64,000 nt of DNA from an uncultured SAR86 cluster bacterium (GCA_902631785.1 CACOZT010000001.1:19453-83452); one strand, 5' to 3'. Counted from the stretch's first letter, positions 1 through 9,643 are shown. Made by a program: numbers and translations. Notes: generated by a model not told the origin, from the letters alone.

Positions 1-614
1 ATGCTTCTAACGGAGGATTGATGGATTGGAGAAAAGCAATAGATATGCCTGAACTATTTGAAAATGCATTAAAAGATAAATCTATCGGTCATATATCAGA
101 ACCCTTAGAAAGTGGTTCAGGTTTTCACATTTTAAAACTCGAAGACAAAAGAGGCCAATTTGTGCAATTTGAAGATCAATGGAATGCTCGTCACATACTT
201 TTGATCCCATCCGCAATAAGAAGTAATGATGAGACAGAAATTCAGCTCAAAGAAATTAGGCAAAGAGTTATAGATGGTGATGATTTTGCTTTACTCGCTG
301 AAGAGTTTTCAGAAGATCCAGGTTCGGCAAAAATTGGAGGTGATCTTGGGTGGATGGGTCTTGGTGTCTTTACTCCAACTTTTGAGGAAATTATGCTCAA
401 TACCGAAGTTGGCACAATTTCAGAAGTTTTTGAAAGTGAATTTGGTTATCACTTTCTTGAAGTTCTAGGTAAAAGAAATCATGAACTTACAGATAAACTC
501 ATTGAAGATAGAGCCTATGGACTTCTTTATTCAAGAAAATTTGATGAAGAACTTGAGAATACGTTAAGAACAATGAGAGCTGAAGCTTTCGTAGAATTTA
601 AAGACCTAGATTGA
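1..614 (+). CDS. surA: Peptidyl-prolyl isomerase/chaperone SurA, 5' truncated by window edge
   Basis: Frame is open to the window edge; two parvulin domains (ARHILL, FSEDPGSAKIGGDLGW, SEFGYHFLEV); upstream of pdxA. Confidence 0.92.
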   Translation, partial: ASNGGLMDWRKAIDMPELFENALKDKSIGHISEPLESGSGFHILKLEDKRGQFVQFEDQWNARHILLIPSAIRSNDETEIQLKEIRQRVIDGDDFALLAEEFSEDPGSAKIGGDLGWMGLGVFTPTFEEIMLNTEVGTISEVFESEFGYHFLEVLGKRNHELTDKLIEDRAYGLLYSRKFDEELENTLRTMRAEAFVEFKDLD

Positions 615-1591
615 AAAAAATCATCTATTCGCCTGGTGAGCCAAGTGGTATCGGTCCAGACCTAATAATAAAATTATCCTCATCTAAGCTATGGGAAGAT
701 ATAAGGATCCCTATTCTCACGGTTGGTGATCCAAAGCTTTTTGTATCCAGAACAGCTACGTTGAAGAAAAAAGTAAAAATTCTTGAGTTGGATTCGCTTG
801 ATCAAGTCAAAAAAAATATAAAGGGACATCTACAAATTATAAAAACGTCTAAATGCTCCAATACTAAACCAGGAAAACTTTACAAAAGTAATGCTCAATA
901 TGTTCTTGATAATCTTAATTACTCAATAAAACAAACTATGCTTAATGAAAGGACAGCACTAGTAACAGGTCCTTTAAGTAAAGAGAATATTATTTCGATC
1001 GACAAATCATTTACTGGACATACTGAATTTATAAAAAAAGTTACCAAAAGCAAAGATGTTTTGATGATGCTTGCATCTGATCAACTTCGCGTTGCCTTGT
1101 CAACGACCCATATCCCACTTAAAAATGTTTCTAAAAAAATTACAAAAGAATTAATCATTAATAAAGTAAAAATTCTCAACGAAGACTTACAAACTAAATT
1201 TAATATTCACAAACCAAGCATAAAGGTTCTTGGTCTTAATCCTCATGCTGGAGAAAATGGAAAAATAGGCAGAGAAGAACAAGATCATATAAAACCAGCA
1301 ATTAGAGAGTTAAGAAAGAAAAAAATTAATGTATCAATGCCCGTATCAGCAGATACGGCATTTTCTAACAAATCATTAAAAGAAACTGATGCATTCTTGG
1401 GCATGTATCATGATCAAGTATTACCAGTCTTAAAAACCTTAAGTTTTGGAAGATCAATAAATATTACCCTTGGAATTCCAATAATTAGAACTTCTGTTGA
1501 TCATGGAGTTGCTCTAGATATAGCCGGAACCAATAAATCAGATCCTTCATCATTAATACTAGCTATTAAAACTGCAAAAAAATTAATTTAA
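611..1591 (+). CDS. pdxA: 4-hydroxythreonine-4-phosphate dehydrogenase
   Basis: GEPSGIGPD, FTGHTE, GLNPHAGE, MYHDQ, RTSVDHG motifs; surA-pdxA-rsmA synteny. Confidence 0.96.
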   Translation: MKKIIYSPGEPSGIGPDLIIKLSSSKLWEDIRIPILTVGDPKLFVSRTATLKKKVKILELDSLDQVKKNIKGHLQIIKTSKCSNTKPGKLYKSNAQYVLDNLNYSIKQTMLNERTALVTGPLSKENIISIDKSFTGHTEFIKKVTKSKDVLMMLASDQLRVALSTTHIPLKNVSKKITKELIINKVKILNEDLQTKFNIHKPSIKVLGLNPHAGENGKIGREEQDHIKPAIRELRKKKINVSMPVSADTAFSNKSLKETDAFLGMYHDQVLPVLKTLSFGRSINITLGIPIIRTSVDHGVALDIAGTNKSDPSSLILAIKTAKKLI

Positions 1592-2352
1592 TGAGTTCTA
1601 GGGACATTAGAAGAAAGTTTGGACAAAATTATCTAACAGATCAGTCTGTATTATATAAAATGGCAGAAGCTATATCACCAGCATCTCTGGATAATTTCTT
1701 AGAGATTGGTCCTGGACATGGAGCTTTAACTGAACAAATAAATATAGAGAATATTAATATAACTGCGGTTGATATTGATCCAGAAAATATTGAGAAATTA
1801 AAGAAGAAATTCATAGGTCCTGCAAGCTTTGAATTCTTAGTCGGCGATATTTTAAAATATGAAATCAACAGTGTTGAACAAAGAGTTGTCGGTAACCTTC
1901 CCTATAATATCTCCACTCAAATAATTCTAAAACTTTTAGATAGTTGCGAAAATATCATTGATATGCATTTTTTAGTTCAGAAGGAAGTGGCTGAAAAAAT
2001 TGCAGGACGAGTTGGGACGAAGAATTGGGGCAAACTAGCTATTAAAATCGCTGCTTTTTTTGATAGTGAAGTTTTGTTTGATGTTCCGCCAGAAGCATTT
2101 GATATAAAACCAAAGGTTAATTCAAGCTTTATCAGATTAATGCCTAATAAAAATTTAAGACAAAACATAGATCTTAAAGAGAATTTTTTTAGGCTTGTTG
2201 ACTTAGCATTTGTTTCTCGAAGGAAAAACATCAAGAATAATTTAAAAAATTTAAATATTAATTGGGATGAGGTAGGTATTGATCCAATAAAAAGACCTGA
2301 AGAACTATCTCTTGAAGATTATCTTAATCTCTCAAAGGTCAAAGTATTTTAA
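1591..2352 (+). CDS. rsmA: 16S rRNA m6,2A dimethyltransferase KsgA
   Basis: FGQNYL, LEIGPGHGALT, VGNLPYNIST. Confidence 0.96.
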   Translation: MSSRDIRRKFGQNYLTDQSVLYKMAEAISPASLDNFLEIGPGHGALTEQINIENINITAVDIDPENIEKLKKKFIGPASFEFLVGDILKYEINSVEQRVVGNLPYNISTQIILKLLDSCENIIDMHFLVQKEVAEKIAGRVGTKNWGKLAIKIAAFFDSEVLFDVPPEAFDIKPKVNSSFIRLMPNKNLRQNIDLKENFFRLVDLAFVSRRKNIKNNLKNLNINWDEVGIDPIKRPEELSLEDYLNLSKVKVF

Positions 2353-3152
2353 TGTCACACTATGTAATTGGAGATGTTCAAGGTTGTTATGATGAACTGA
2401 TTAAATTATGTTCAAAAATAAAATTTAATCCAAAGAAGGATACATTAATCTTCGCAGGAGATCTGGTTAATAGAGGCCCTAAGTCACTTGAAGTCTTAAA
2501 TTTTTGTCTTGAAAATAAAAAATCCATTAAGGCTGTACTTGGTAATCATGATTTTTATCTTCTATATTTAATAGAACACAAAAAAAATAACAAATCACTT
2601 AAAAATATTCTTAATGCAAGCAACATTTCTAAAATACATAAATGGTTAAAAAAACTACCCCTTTTACTAAAAATTAATATTAATGGTCATAACTTTTGGA
2701 TCTCGCATGCTGGAATCCCATATATATGGGATTTAAAAACCGCTAAAAAGCTCTCAAAAGAAGTTCAGGTTGGTCTTAAAGAGGATTCTTATGAATTACT
2801 CAGAAATATGTGGGGCGACACTCCAAGCAAATGGAATAGTAAGCTTGAAAAACAAAAACGTTACAGGGTAATAATAAATTACTTTACAAGAATGAGATTT
2901 TTAAATAAAAAAGGTGCTCTAAAGTTAAAGAAGAAAAATCTTAAACCAGAAAAAAATCATATCCCTTGGTTTGAGCAAACTACTCATAACTTAAAAGAAA
3001 ACGAGTCTATTTTATTTGGTCATTGGGCAGCGCTTGAAGGAAAAACAAATTTAGATAATATAATTGGCCTAGATACTGGATGTGTGTGGGGAAATAAATT
3101 AACTGCGATTAGACTAGAAGATAAAAAAATATTTCAGGTTGGGAAGAAATGA
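2352..3152 (+). CDS. apaH: Symmetrical bis(5'-nucleosyl)-tetraphosphatase
   Basis: IGDVQGC, GDLVNRGP, LGNHD, FGHWAAL, LDTGCVWG. Confidence 0.95.
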   Translation: MSHYVIGDVQGCYDELIKLCSKIKFNPKKDTLIFAGDLVNRGPKSLEVLNFCLENKKSIKAVLGNHDFYLLYLIEHKKNNKSLKNILNASNISKIHKWLKKLPLLLKININGHNFWISHAGIPYIWDLKTAKKLSKEVQVGLKEDSYELLRNMWGDTPSKWNSKLEKQKRYRVIINYFTRMRFLNKKGALKLKKKNLKPEKNHIPWFEQTTHNLKENESILFGHWAALEGKTNLDNIIGLDTGCVWGNKLTAIRLEDKKIFQVGKK

Positions 3153-4162
3153 AAATTTATAAAGTTGGTGGTGCTGTAAGAGATTCACTTATGAGTGTTG
3201 AATGCTCTGATACAGATTGGGTAGTTGTCGGCTCATCACCTGAAGAAATGATTTCTAAAGGCTACAGGCCTATAGGTAAAGACTTTCCAGTATTTTTACA
3301 TCCCAAAACAAATGAGGAATATGCCTTAGCAAGAACAGAGAAAAAAACAGGAACTGGTTATGGTGGTTTCACATTTTATTATGGAAAAGATGTTACGTTA
3401 GAGGAGGACTTATCAAGAAGAGATTTTACTATCAATGCCATTGCTCAAGATATTGAGGGTAATATTATTGATCCTTTTAATGGACAAAATGACATAAAAA
3501 ATAAAATTTTTAGGCACGTTTCTGATGCTTTTTTTGAAGATCCTTTAAGAGCAATTAGATTGGCAAGATTTTTTTCTTATGATCATCTTGAAGATTTCGA
3601 CATTGATGAAGCTACTGTTAAATGCATCGAAAAAATTGTTTCATCTAAAGAGATTGCAGATATTTCACCAGATAGGATCTGGTCTGAAACTGAAAGAGCT
3701 TTATCTAATTCTAGTCCAAGTAAGTACTTTGAAAAGATTATATCTTTGGACTTATTAGATCCTTATTTTAGTAAACTAAAAAAAACTTCTTGTGACAGCC
3801 ACAAGGATAAGACAGTGAGGTGGGCTGAACTTCAAATAAATAATGATTTTGAACTAGGAAGCAAGCTTCCCCTCCCCAATGATTTTAAGAATATTGTTGA
3901 GGTGTCTAAAAATGCATTGAAATTAAATATAGATACCAATCAAGACAACTTAATTTTATTAATTGATAAAATTAATTTTGTTAGAAATTTTGAATTAATT
4001 AATCAGTTAATTTCGCTACCTCATTTTAGCGATAACAAAGATTTTATTTCTCAGCTTGCAAAGAAAATTAAAAATACTGATTTCTCACATTTATCAAATG
4101 TGTCAAAGGAGAATATTGAGGAAGAAAAGATTAAAATATATAAAGAAATTATTAATAGCTAA
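3149..4162 (+). CDS. cca: tRNA CCA-adding nucleotidyltransferase, short form
   Basis: VGGAVRD, DxD, GKDFPVFLHP, EEYALARTE, RRDFTINA, EDPLR. Confidence 0.93.
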   Translation: MKIYKVGGAVRDSLMSVECSDTDWVVVGSSPEEMISKGYRPIGKDFPVFLHPKTNEEYALARTEKKTGTGYGGFTFYYGKDVTLEEDLSRRDFTINAIAQDIEGNIIDPFNGQNDIKNKIFRHVSDAFFEDPLRAIRLARFFSYDHLEDFDIDEATVKCIEKIVSSKEIADISPDRIWSETERALSNSSPSKYFEKIISLDLLDPYFSKLKKTSCDSHKDKTVRWAELQINNDFELGSKLPLPNDFKNIVEVSKNALKLNIDTNQDNLILLIDKINFVRNFELINQLISLPHFSDNKDFISQLAKKIKNTDFSHLSNVSKENIEEEKIKIYKEIINS

Positions 4163-4164
4163 AA

Positions 4165-4890
4165 ATGAATAAAACTATTTTTATAACTGGGGCAGCTAAG
4201 AGAATTGGTAAACAGATAGCTCTTACCTTTAAAGAATTAGGCTGGAATATTATTATTCATTACAACTCATCAAAAAAAGCAGCTGATGATCTTGCCGATG
4301 AAATAAATAATTCAAACGCTAACTCTGCTGTTACTGTTCAAGGAAATTTAGATGTCAAAGAAGATGTTGAAAAAATTATCAGTGAGGTTCTTGATGCATT
4401 TCCGAGTATAGATCTATTGATAAATAATGCGTCCACTTTTTACCCTACTCCAATTGATGACATTTCAGAAGATCATTGGGAGAAATTAATTGGGAGTAAT
4501 TTAAAAGGGCCAATGTTTTTAATTAAAGGACTTAAACAAAAACTTAAAGAATCAAACGGATCAATTATTAATATCACTGATACTAATTTATCAAAAGGCG
4601 TTGCTAATTACTCCATTTATTCTGCTGCAAAGGCTGGATTAGAGGCAATTACAAAAGGATTGGCAAGAGAGTTAGCGCCTGAAATAAAGGTAAATGCAAT
4701 TGCTCCAGGTGCAATGCTTGAACCACCAGATGTTACTTGGACTGAAGAACAAAAAAACAAAGTTATTGATTCTATTCCTCTTAAAAGAATGGGTTCAGAA
4801 AAAGATATAGCTGAAGCTGTAAAGTTTCTTGCTGATTCTGATTATATAACCGGGCAAATTATAAAAGTTGATGGTGGTAGGTCACTCTAA
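4165..4890 (+). CDS. Pteridine reductase (FolM-like SDR)
   Basis: ITGAAKRIG, LINNAS, YSAAK, VDGGRSL; near folB/folK. Confidence 0.85.
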   Translation: MNKTIFITGAAKRIGKQIALTFKELGWNIIIHYNSSKKAADDLADEINNSNANSAVTVQGNLDVKEDVEKIISEVLDAFPSIDLLINNASTFYPTPIDDISEDHWEKLIGSNLKGPMFLIKGLKQKLKESNGSIINITDTNLSKGVANYSIYSAAKAGLEAITKGLARELAPEIKVNAIAPGAMLEPPDVTWTEEQKNKVIDSIPLKRMGSEKDIAEAVKFLADSDYITGQIIKVDGGRSL

Positions 4891-5942
4891 TGAAGCCTCT
4901 AGATGATGCAAAATTCTCTGGTACAAAAGATGTTGATGAAAGATTAAAAATTGACTCTGCAAATTTACAGCCCTGGATTGATGAGTATGTTCCTAATGCA
5001 GGAAAGATAAAAGCAATAGAACAGTTCAAGGGAGGACAATCAAATCCTACATATAAAATAATTACCGAATCAAAAAATCTTGTTCTTCGAAGAAAACCAC
5101 CAGGAAAACTTCTGCCATCCGCGCATGCTGTAGATAGAGAATATAAAGTAATAACTGCTCTATATGAGACTGACGTACCAGTTCCTAAAACCTATGGACT
5201 ATGTGAAGATGATGATGTTGCAGGAACTGCATTCTTTGTAATGGATTTTTTAGATGGTGATCTTTTCTGGGACCCAATGATTCCCTCAATGACAAATAGT
5301 GATAGAAAAGAAATATACAAAAATAAAAATAAAACTTTAGCAAAACTTCATAGTGTTGATTATAAAAAAATTGGTCTTGAAGATTATGGTAAGCCTGGCA
5401 ACTATGTAGCTAGACAAGTATCAAGATGGTCTAAGCAATATAGGGCTTCAGAAACAGACAATATTGAAGCTATGAATAATCTCATTGATTGGTTACCAAA
5501 AAATATACCTGATGATGATGAGACAACTATCGTTCATGGCGATTACAGATTAGATAATATGATTTTAAAAAATAATGAAGTAGTTGGTGTTCTAGATTGG
5601 GAACTATCAACTCTAGGTCATCCAATCGCAGACTTTAGTTATCACTGTTTGTCATGGAGAACTCAAGAAGCCTTTTGGGACGAAGCTAAATTAAAAGAAC
5701 TTGGTATACCTACTGAAAGGGAATATATGGAAATGTATTGTGAGAATTCTGGTAAAGATTTGTCTAAAAATTGGGAGTTTTATATGGCTTTTAATATGTT
5801 TAAGATTGCTGGAATTTTACAGGGCATACTAGGAAGAGTAAGAGATGGAACAGCTGCATCAAAACATGCTGAAGAAAGAGGCAATATGGTCTTTCCTCTT
5901 TCTGAAGCAGCATGGAGAACAATAGAAGATAACTTGCTTTAA
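4890..5942 (+). CDS. APH-family phosphotransferase (ACAD10/11 N-terminal-like)
   Basis: GGQSNPTY, LRRKPPG, SAHAVDREY, HGDYRLDN, DWELSTLG. Confidence 0.88.
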   Translation: MKPLDDAKFSGTKDVDERLKIDSANLQPWIDEYVPNAGKIKAIEQFKGGQSNPTYKIITESKNLVLRRKPPGKLLPSAHAVDREYKVITALYETDVPVPKTYGLCEDDDVAGTAFFVMDFLDGDLFWDPMIPSMTNSDRKEIYKNKNKTLAKLHSVDYKKIGLEDYGKPGNYVARQVSRWSKQYRASETDNIEAMNNLIDWLPKNIPDDDETTIVHGDYRLDNMILKNNEVVGVLDWELSTLGHPIADFSYHCLSWRTQEAFWDEAKLKELGIPTEREYMEMYCENSGKDLSKNWEFYMAFNMFKIAGILQGILGRVRDGTAASKHAEERGNMVFPLSEAAWRTIEDNLL

Positions 5943-5944
5943 AG

Positions 5945-7396
5945 TTATCTAAATTTTATTGCTAATCTTCTGTCAAAATAGTCTTCTAATTCCTTGATAT
6001 GGCTTATCTCCATAGGATGATCTCTCTTTAAAACATTTAATTGGTTAATTACAGTTGAAATTGTTATATAGTCTTGATCTTCTTGATTGTTATCCAAGTT
6101 AAATAATTTCTGTTCACAGTATCTTCTGTATCTTTCTTGAGTCTCAATCGGTGCTAAATGAATATCATATTCAAGTATGGTTTTCTTTCCCATTCTAACA
6201 ATTCTGTTATTTGGATCTAAAATCCCACTCTCTTCAGTAAACCTCCATCTGTCTTGCCAATTTAGATCATTGAATTGATTAATAAAACTCGTTTCAGCAG
6301 GAGTTACAAAATTTTCAAATATTGATTTTTCTATTGGTTCTTTAGTAAGGTCAGTTGTAAATTGTTCATCAAAGAATTTAAGAGCTCCTCTTGCAACCTC
6401 TTTCAAATTTAAATTCTTTCTTAATTTAAGAGCTCTATTTTTTAATTCTTCTAATGAAAGATTATGTGGGTTGTAACAATATTTGAAATAACTTTCAGGA
6501 AAAAATATTTTTGCACGATTGAGAGGTACCTTTATAAAAATATTATCTAAATCATATTTTTTTTGTATTTGTCTAAAAATTTCCCAGCATGATAATGTCT
6601 GAAGTTCATCAGGATTAACAAGAGAAATATCAAGTCCTAAAATATTATTCCCGTTAGATGAGAAACACAATGGAGCAACTATCTTACCCATAATAGAGTC
6701 ATCAAAACCCAAAACAGTGCAGAAAAACAAATTCTCATCCACTAAACCCTTTACAAATTTTTTGGACGAACAAAACATTGCCCGCCTTAAGATTTGTGGT
6801 GACTCGTATCGCATCAAATTAAACAAAGATATTAAGGCAGATACATCTTCTCGAGCATCATGAGGTTGATTGTTAAAATTATTTTCACGTATGATGTCTT
6901 CAAGACGAAAAGAAGGTACGTCGACTCGATTGTAAGGAAGATTTATATACTCTAAATCCCCCTTTTGTATAGCAAAAATAGTTTTTAGAGTCTCGTAGCC
7001 ACAAAAAACTTGATTGCTTGTTTTCCAAGAATACCAATCAGGACATATTAAGTTTTGATAATAGCCACAAAAAGTAAACTTAAAATCAAATGAAGAATTG
7101 TATGCAATTATGTAATCTCCGGAATATTTTTTGTTAAATAAATATTCTTGATGATGAAGATCATGAACAGGAATACCATTCTCAAGTTGATCTGCAGATA
7201 CCCTGTTAGTCATTAGTGCATATGGAGATGGTAATCGTGAACTTTCTCCACGAGCTTCTAAATAAAGTTCATCCAGAATTTGATCATTACAAAATCTTTT
7301 GGTCGAATGAGACAAGACCTGACCTGTAAATGGATCTAAGCTATCTGTTTCATGATCTTTAGCTAATATAGGTTTATTTAATATATCGATACTCAT
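5945..7396 (-). CDS. Divergent exonuclease I (SbcB)-like DEDDh 3'-5' ssDNA exonuclease
   Basis: KDHET (ExoI motif), AYNSSFD (ExoII), PSFRLE..PHDAREDV (ExoIII) align with E. coli SbcB HDYET, GYNNVRFD, PSFRLE..AHDAMADV; similar length. Confidence 0.75.
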   Translation of the reverse strand: MSIDILNKPILAKDHETDSLDPFTGQVLSHSTKRFCNDQILDELYLEARGESSRLPSPYALMTNRVSADQLENGIPVHDLHHQEYLFNKKYSGDYIIAYNSSFDFKFTFCGYYQNLICPDWYSWKTSNQVFCGYETLKTIFAIQKGDLEYINLPYNRVDVPSFRLEDIIRENNFNNQPHDAREDVSALISLFNLMRYESPQILRRAMFCSSKKFVKGLVDENLFFCTVLGFDDSIMGKIVAPLCFSSNGNNILGLDISLVNPDELQTLSCWEIFRQIQKKYDLDNIFIKVPLNRAKIFFPESYFKYCYNPHNLSLEELKNRALKLRKNLNLKEVARGALKFFDEQFTTDLTKEPIEKSIFENFVTPAETSFINQFNDLNWQDRWRFTEESGILDPNNRIVRMGKKTILEYDIHLAPIETQERYRRYCEQKLFNLDNNQEDQDYITISTVINQLNVLKRDHPMEISHIKELEDYFDRRLAIKFR

Positions 7397-7983
7397 AAAA
7401 ATCCCCTTTTTCTTTTAATAACTTTAAATACTGAGATAAGCCAATCTTCAGCCCATAGAGGATTTTGTTCATTTGGTTTAACCCTAAAAACTTCAATTCC
7501 ATTCAACTTTACAAATTTTAATCTTTCTTCCTCAGAGAAATGAGATTTGTTACAATGCGAATCGCCATCAACTTCGAGTCCAAAAAAGAAGCCGTTAATA
7601 GCTACAAGAAAATCTAACTCAACTCTTTGTTGATTAAGACATTCTGCTACAGGAAGTGGCCAATAAAGAAATGTAAATTCAGGTCCTTTTTCTTTTGCAA
7701 TCCTTTGATTCATTTTATAAAGGGCTTTATGCACGGCAACCTCCTGGTCGGTACGGTGAGGGAAATTATTCCAAATAAGATCACAATTGTGAGCAACATT
7801 TGAAGTATGTGCCATGCCATTGCATCCGCCAAATTCTTTCATGATCCCTATGAGTGGATGTTCCATATTCTTTGGTGGATGGCTTTGAATAATATTCTTT
7901 AGCCCTTCTTCATTAATGTTTTTAGTATCATCATCATAATTAGAAATTTTAATTATGTTTTCGTCGGTTTTATTATTGTTCAT
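7393..7983 (-). CDS. DUF559/Vsr-like PD-(D/E)XK endonuclease
   Basis: RTDQE, ELDFLV, LEVDGDSH, RLKFVKLNGIEVFRV match the TxxE / DF / EvDGxxH / R..L..G..V.R pattern. Confidence 0.7.
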   Translation of the reverse strand: MNNNKTDENIIKISNYDDDTKNINEEGLKNIIQSHPPKNMEHPLIGIMKEFGGCNGMAHTSNVAHNCDLIWNNFPHRTDQEVAVHKALYKMNQRIAKEKGPEFTFLYWPLPVAECLNQQRVELDFLVAINGFFFGLEVDGDSHCNKSHFSEEERLKFVKLNGIEVFRVKPNEQNPLWAEDWLISVFKVIKRKRGFL

Positions 7984-7991
7984 TCCTACTT

Positions 7992-8546
7992 TTAAGTACT
8001 TATATTGTTTTCGTAAATATTTGGTTGATTGCGCAGATTAACAACTATCATTTCTTGTTTTAATAAGTGCTTCCAACCCAGACGATCCCATGAAAGCAAA
8101 TCATTTCCAGAATAAAATAATGCAAATAAACACATTACTGATGATGGAGATATCGATAGCTCCTCACAATAAAGCTGAAGTTGTGCACAAAATAAATATG
8201 GCCAATTTGAAAGATTTTGAGATGATATTTTAGGAAGAAATGAATTTGCACCTTGAAAAAAATCTAACATGTCATAAATTTGAATGTCTATTCCAGCCCT
8301 ATCACTCAAAATATTTAAATTAGAAAGATCAAGATAATGATTTATTGAGTAATCAAAATAATCCCATGAATCTTTATCTTTAGGCACTTGGATATTTAAA
8401 GCATTTAAAATTTTTGATGGTTTAACATCCTCCAAAACTGCCATTCGTTGAACTCTCTCAGCAATAGTTAAGTTAAGTAATTCTGCATTGGAAACATTCC
8501 ATAATTCCTTATATAATTCTTTATTCATATTTTTTCGTGTCTCCAT
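7992..8546 (-). CDS. Hypothetical protein, first gene of the nuclease operon (start may be 8528)
   Basis: 184-aa ORF, 8 nt from the next gene, sigma70-like promoter upstream; no family recognised. Confidence 0.65.
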   Translation of the reverse strand: METRKNMNKELYKELWNVSNAELLNLTIAERVQRMAVLEDVKPSKILNALNIQVPKDKDSWDYFDYSINHYLDLSNLNILSDRAGIDIQIYDMLDFFQGANSFLPKISSQNLSNWPYLFCAQLQLYCEELSISPSSVMCLFALFYSGNDLLSWDRLGWKHLLKQEMIVVNLRNQPNIYENNIST

Positions 8547-8550
8547 TTCG

Positions 8551-8570
8551 TCCGTCCATTTTAAGACGGA
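8551..8570. promoter_or_regulatory. Palindrome TCCGTC-N8-GACGGA, candidate operator
   Basis: Perfect GC-rich 6-bp inverted repeat in an AT-rich divergent intergenic region. Confidence 0.5.
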
Positions 8571-8575
8571 TAATG

Positions 8576-8604
8576 ATATTAAAGCCTTGCAACTAATAAA
8601 TCAA
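8576..8604 (-). promoter_or_regulatory. Putative sigma70 promoter of the nuclease operon
   Basis: Minus strand TTGATT-17bp-TAATAT. Confidence 0.4.
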
Positions 8605-8670
8605 CCTATTTAATAACTTTTTTAATAAAAATTTGTGGTATCATTTCTACAGACAATAAAAAATAATTAT

Positions 8671-9636
8671 ATGAAACCGATTCAATTTGAAAAAATAAAT
8701 TTTGGTTCACAAGACTATCAATTCACTAACAGAGTTGAATTAGATCAAGCAGAGGCTGAATATCTTAAGCTTGTATTACAATTCCGAGATGTGAACGATC
8801 GTTTTACTGATAAAAGTAAAACATCTTTAAGGCTAGATAAGTACTTGTTGTGGCAGCTTGAACTTATATCAAGAGTTTCCTCTGAAAAAAGAATTTTAAA
8901 TAACAGAACTTACGGAGATATTCTTTCTAATTTATTAAAATACGTATATTACCCCGAAACTTTTCAAATTGATCCTGAAACCCTGTTGTTGCCAAAAAAA
9001 TATTTAAACAAACTATATTTAATGGACAATGGTGATTATGAAGTAGTTACTCTTCCAAGTCTTACTTGGGACTGGGACTACATTTTAAGAACAATCAAAT
9101 TGGCTATTTTTGATCCTCATTTATTGTCATTTTTTGAATTAACTTTATTAAGAACAATATTAATGAATGAATTGTTTGTCGATAAGCCTTATGAGTTAAG
9201 AGGTATTGCTAGCTTGAATAAATTTAATGAAAAGGTAGTGAGTAAGGATATGATTGACTTTTTAAAGGATAGAGTGGTCTTTAACTGGTATCAAATTTTT
9301 AATTATTTTGGGAGAAACTCTTCAGAGACCTTTATTCAAAAACAAGTTAAATATATTAATGACTCTGTGAGCGAAGGAAAAAAACCTAGTCCAAAGGGAT
9401 ATAAATCAGGATATACGCCTAAATCAAAACCCGGAATGCCTCAGTTGCTTGAATTTGAGGACATAGATGATAATGATAAGAAAGCAAAAGAATCATATAT
9501 GCTAAATTATTTGGAAGACGAACATAAAAAATGGCTGGATCATTATTGTGGATTAGAACAAGGAGGGTTTGAGAAAGATTTTAGAATTTCTGTTGCATTA
9601 TCAAAAAAACAGGGAGATTTTATGACGTATTTATAA
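8671..9636 (+). CDS. Hypothetical protein with a possible N-terminal ribbon-helix-helix motif
   Basis: Long ORF (track start 8635; ATG 8671 preferred, downstream of extended -10 TGGTATCAT at 8636-8644); KTSLRLDKYLLWQLELIS...TYGDILSNLL resembles RHH. Confidence 0.65.
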   Translation: MKPIQFEKINFGSQDYQFTNRVELDQAEAEYLKLVLQFRDVNDRFTDKSKTSLRLDKYLLWQLELISRVSSEKRILNNRTYGDILSNLLKYVYYPETFQIDPETLLLPKKYLNKLYLMDNGDYEVVTLPSLTWDWDYILRTIKLAIFDPHLLSFFELTLLRTILMNELFVDKPYELRGIASLNKFNEKVVSKDMIDFLKDRVVFNWYQIFNYFGRNSSETFIQKQVKYINDSVSEGKKPSPKGYKSGYTPKSKPGMPQLLEFEDIDDNDKKAKESYMLNYLEDEHKKWLDHYCGLEQGGFEKDFRISVALSKKQGDFMTYL

Positions 9637-9643
9637 GAGAATT

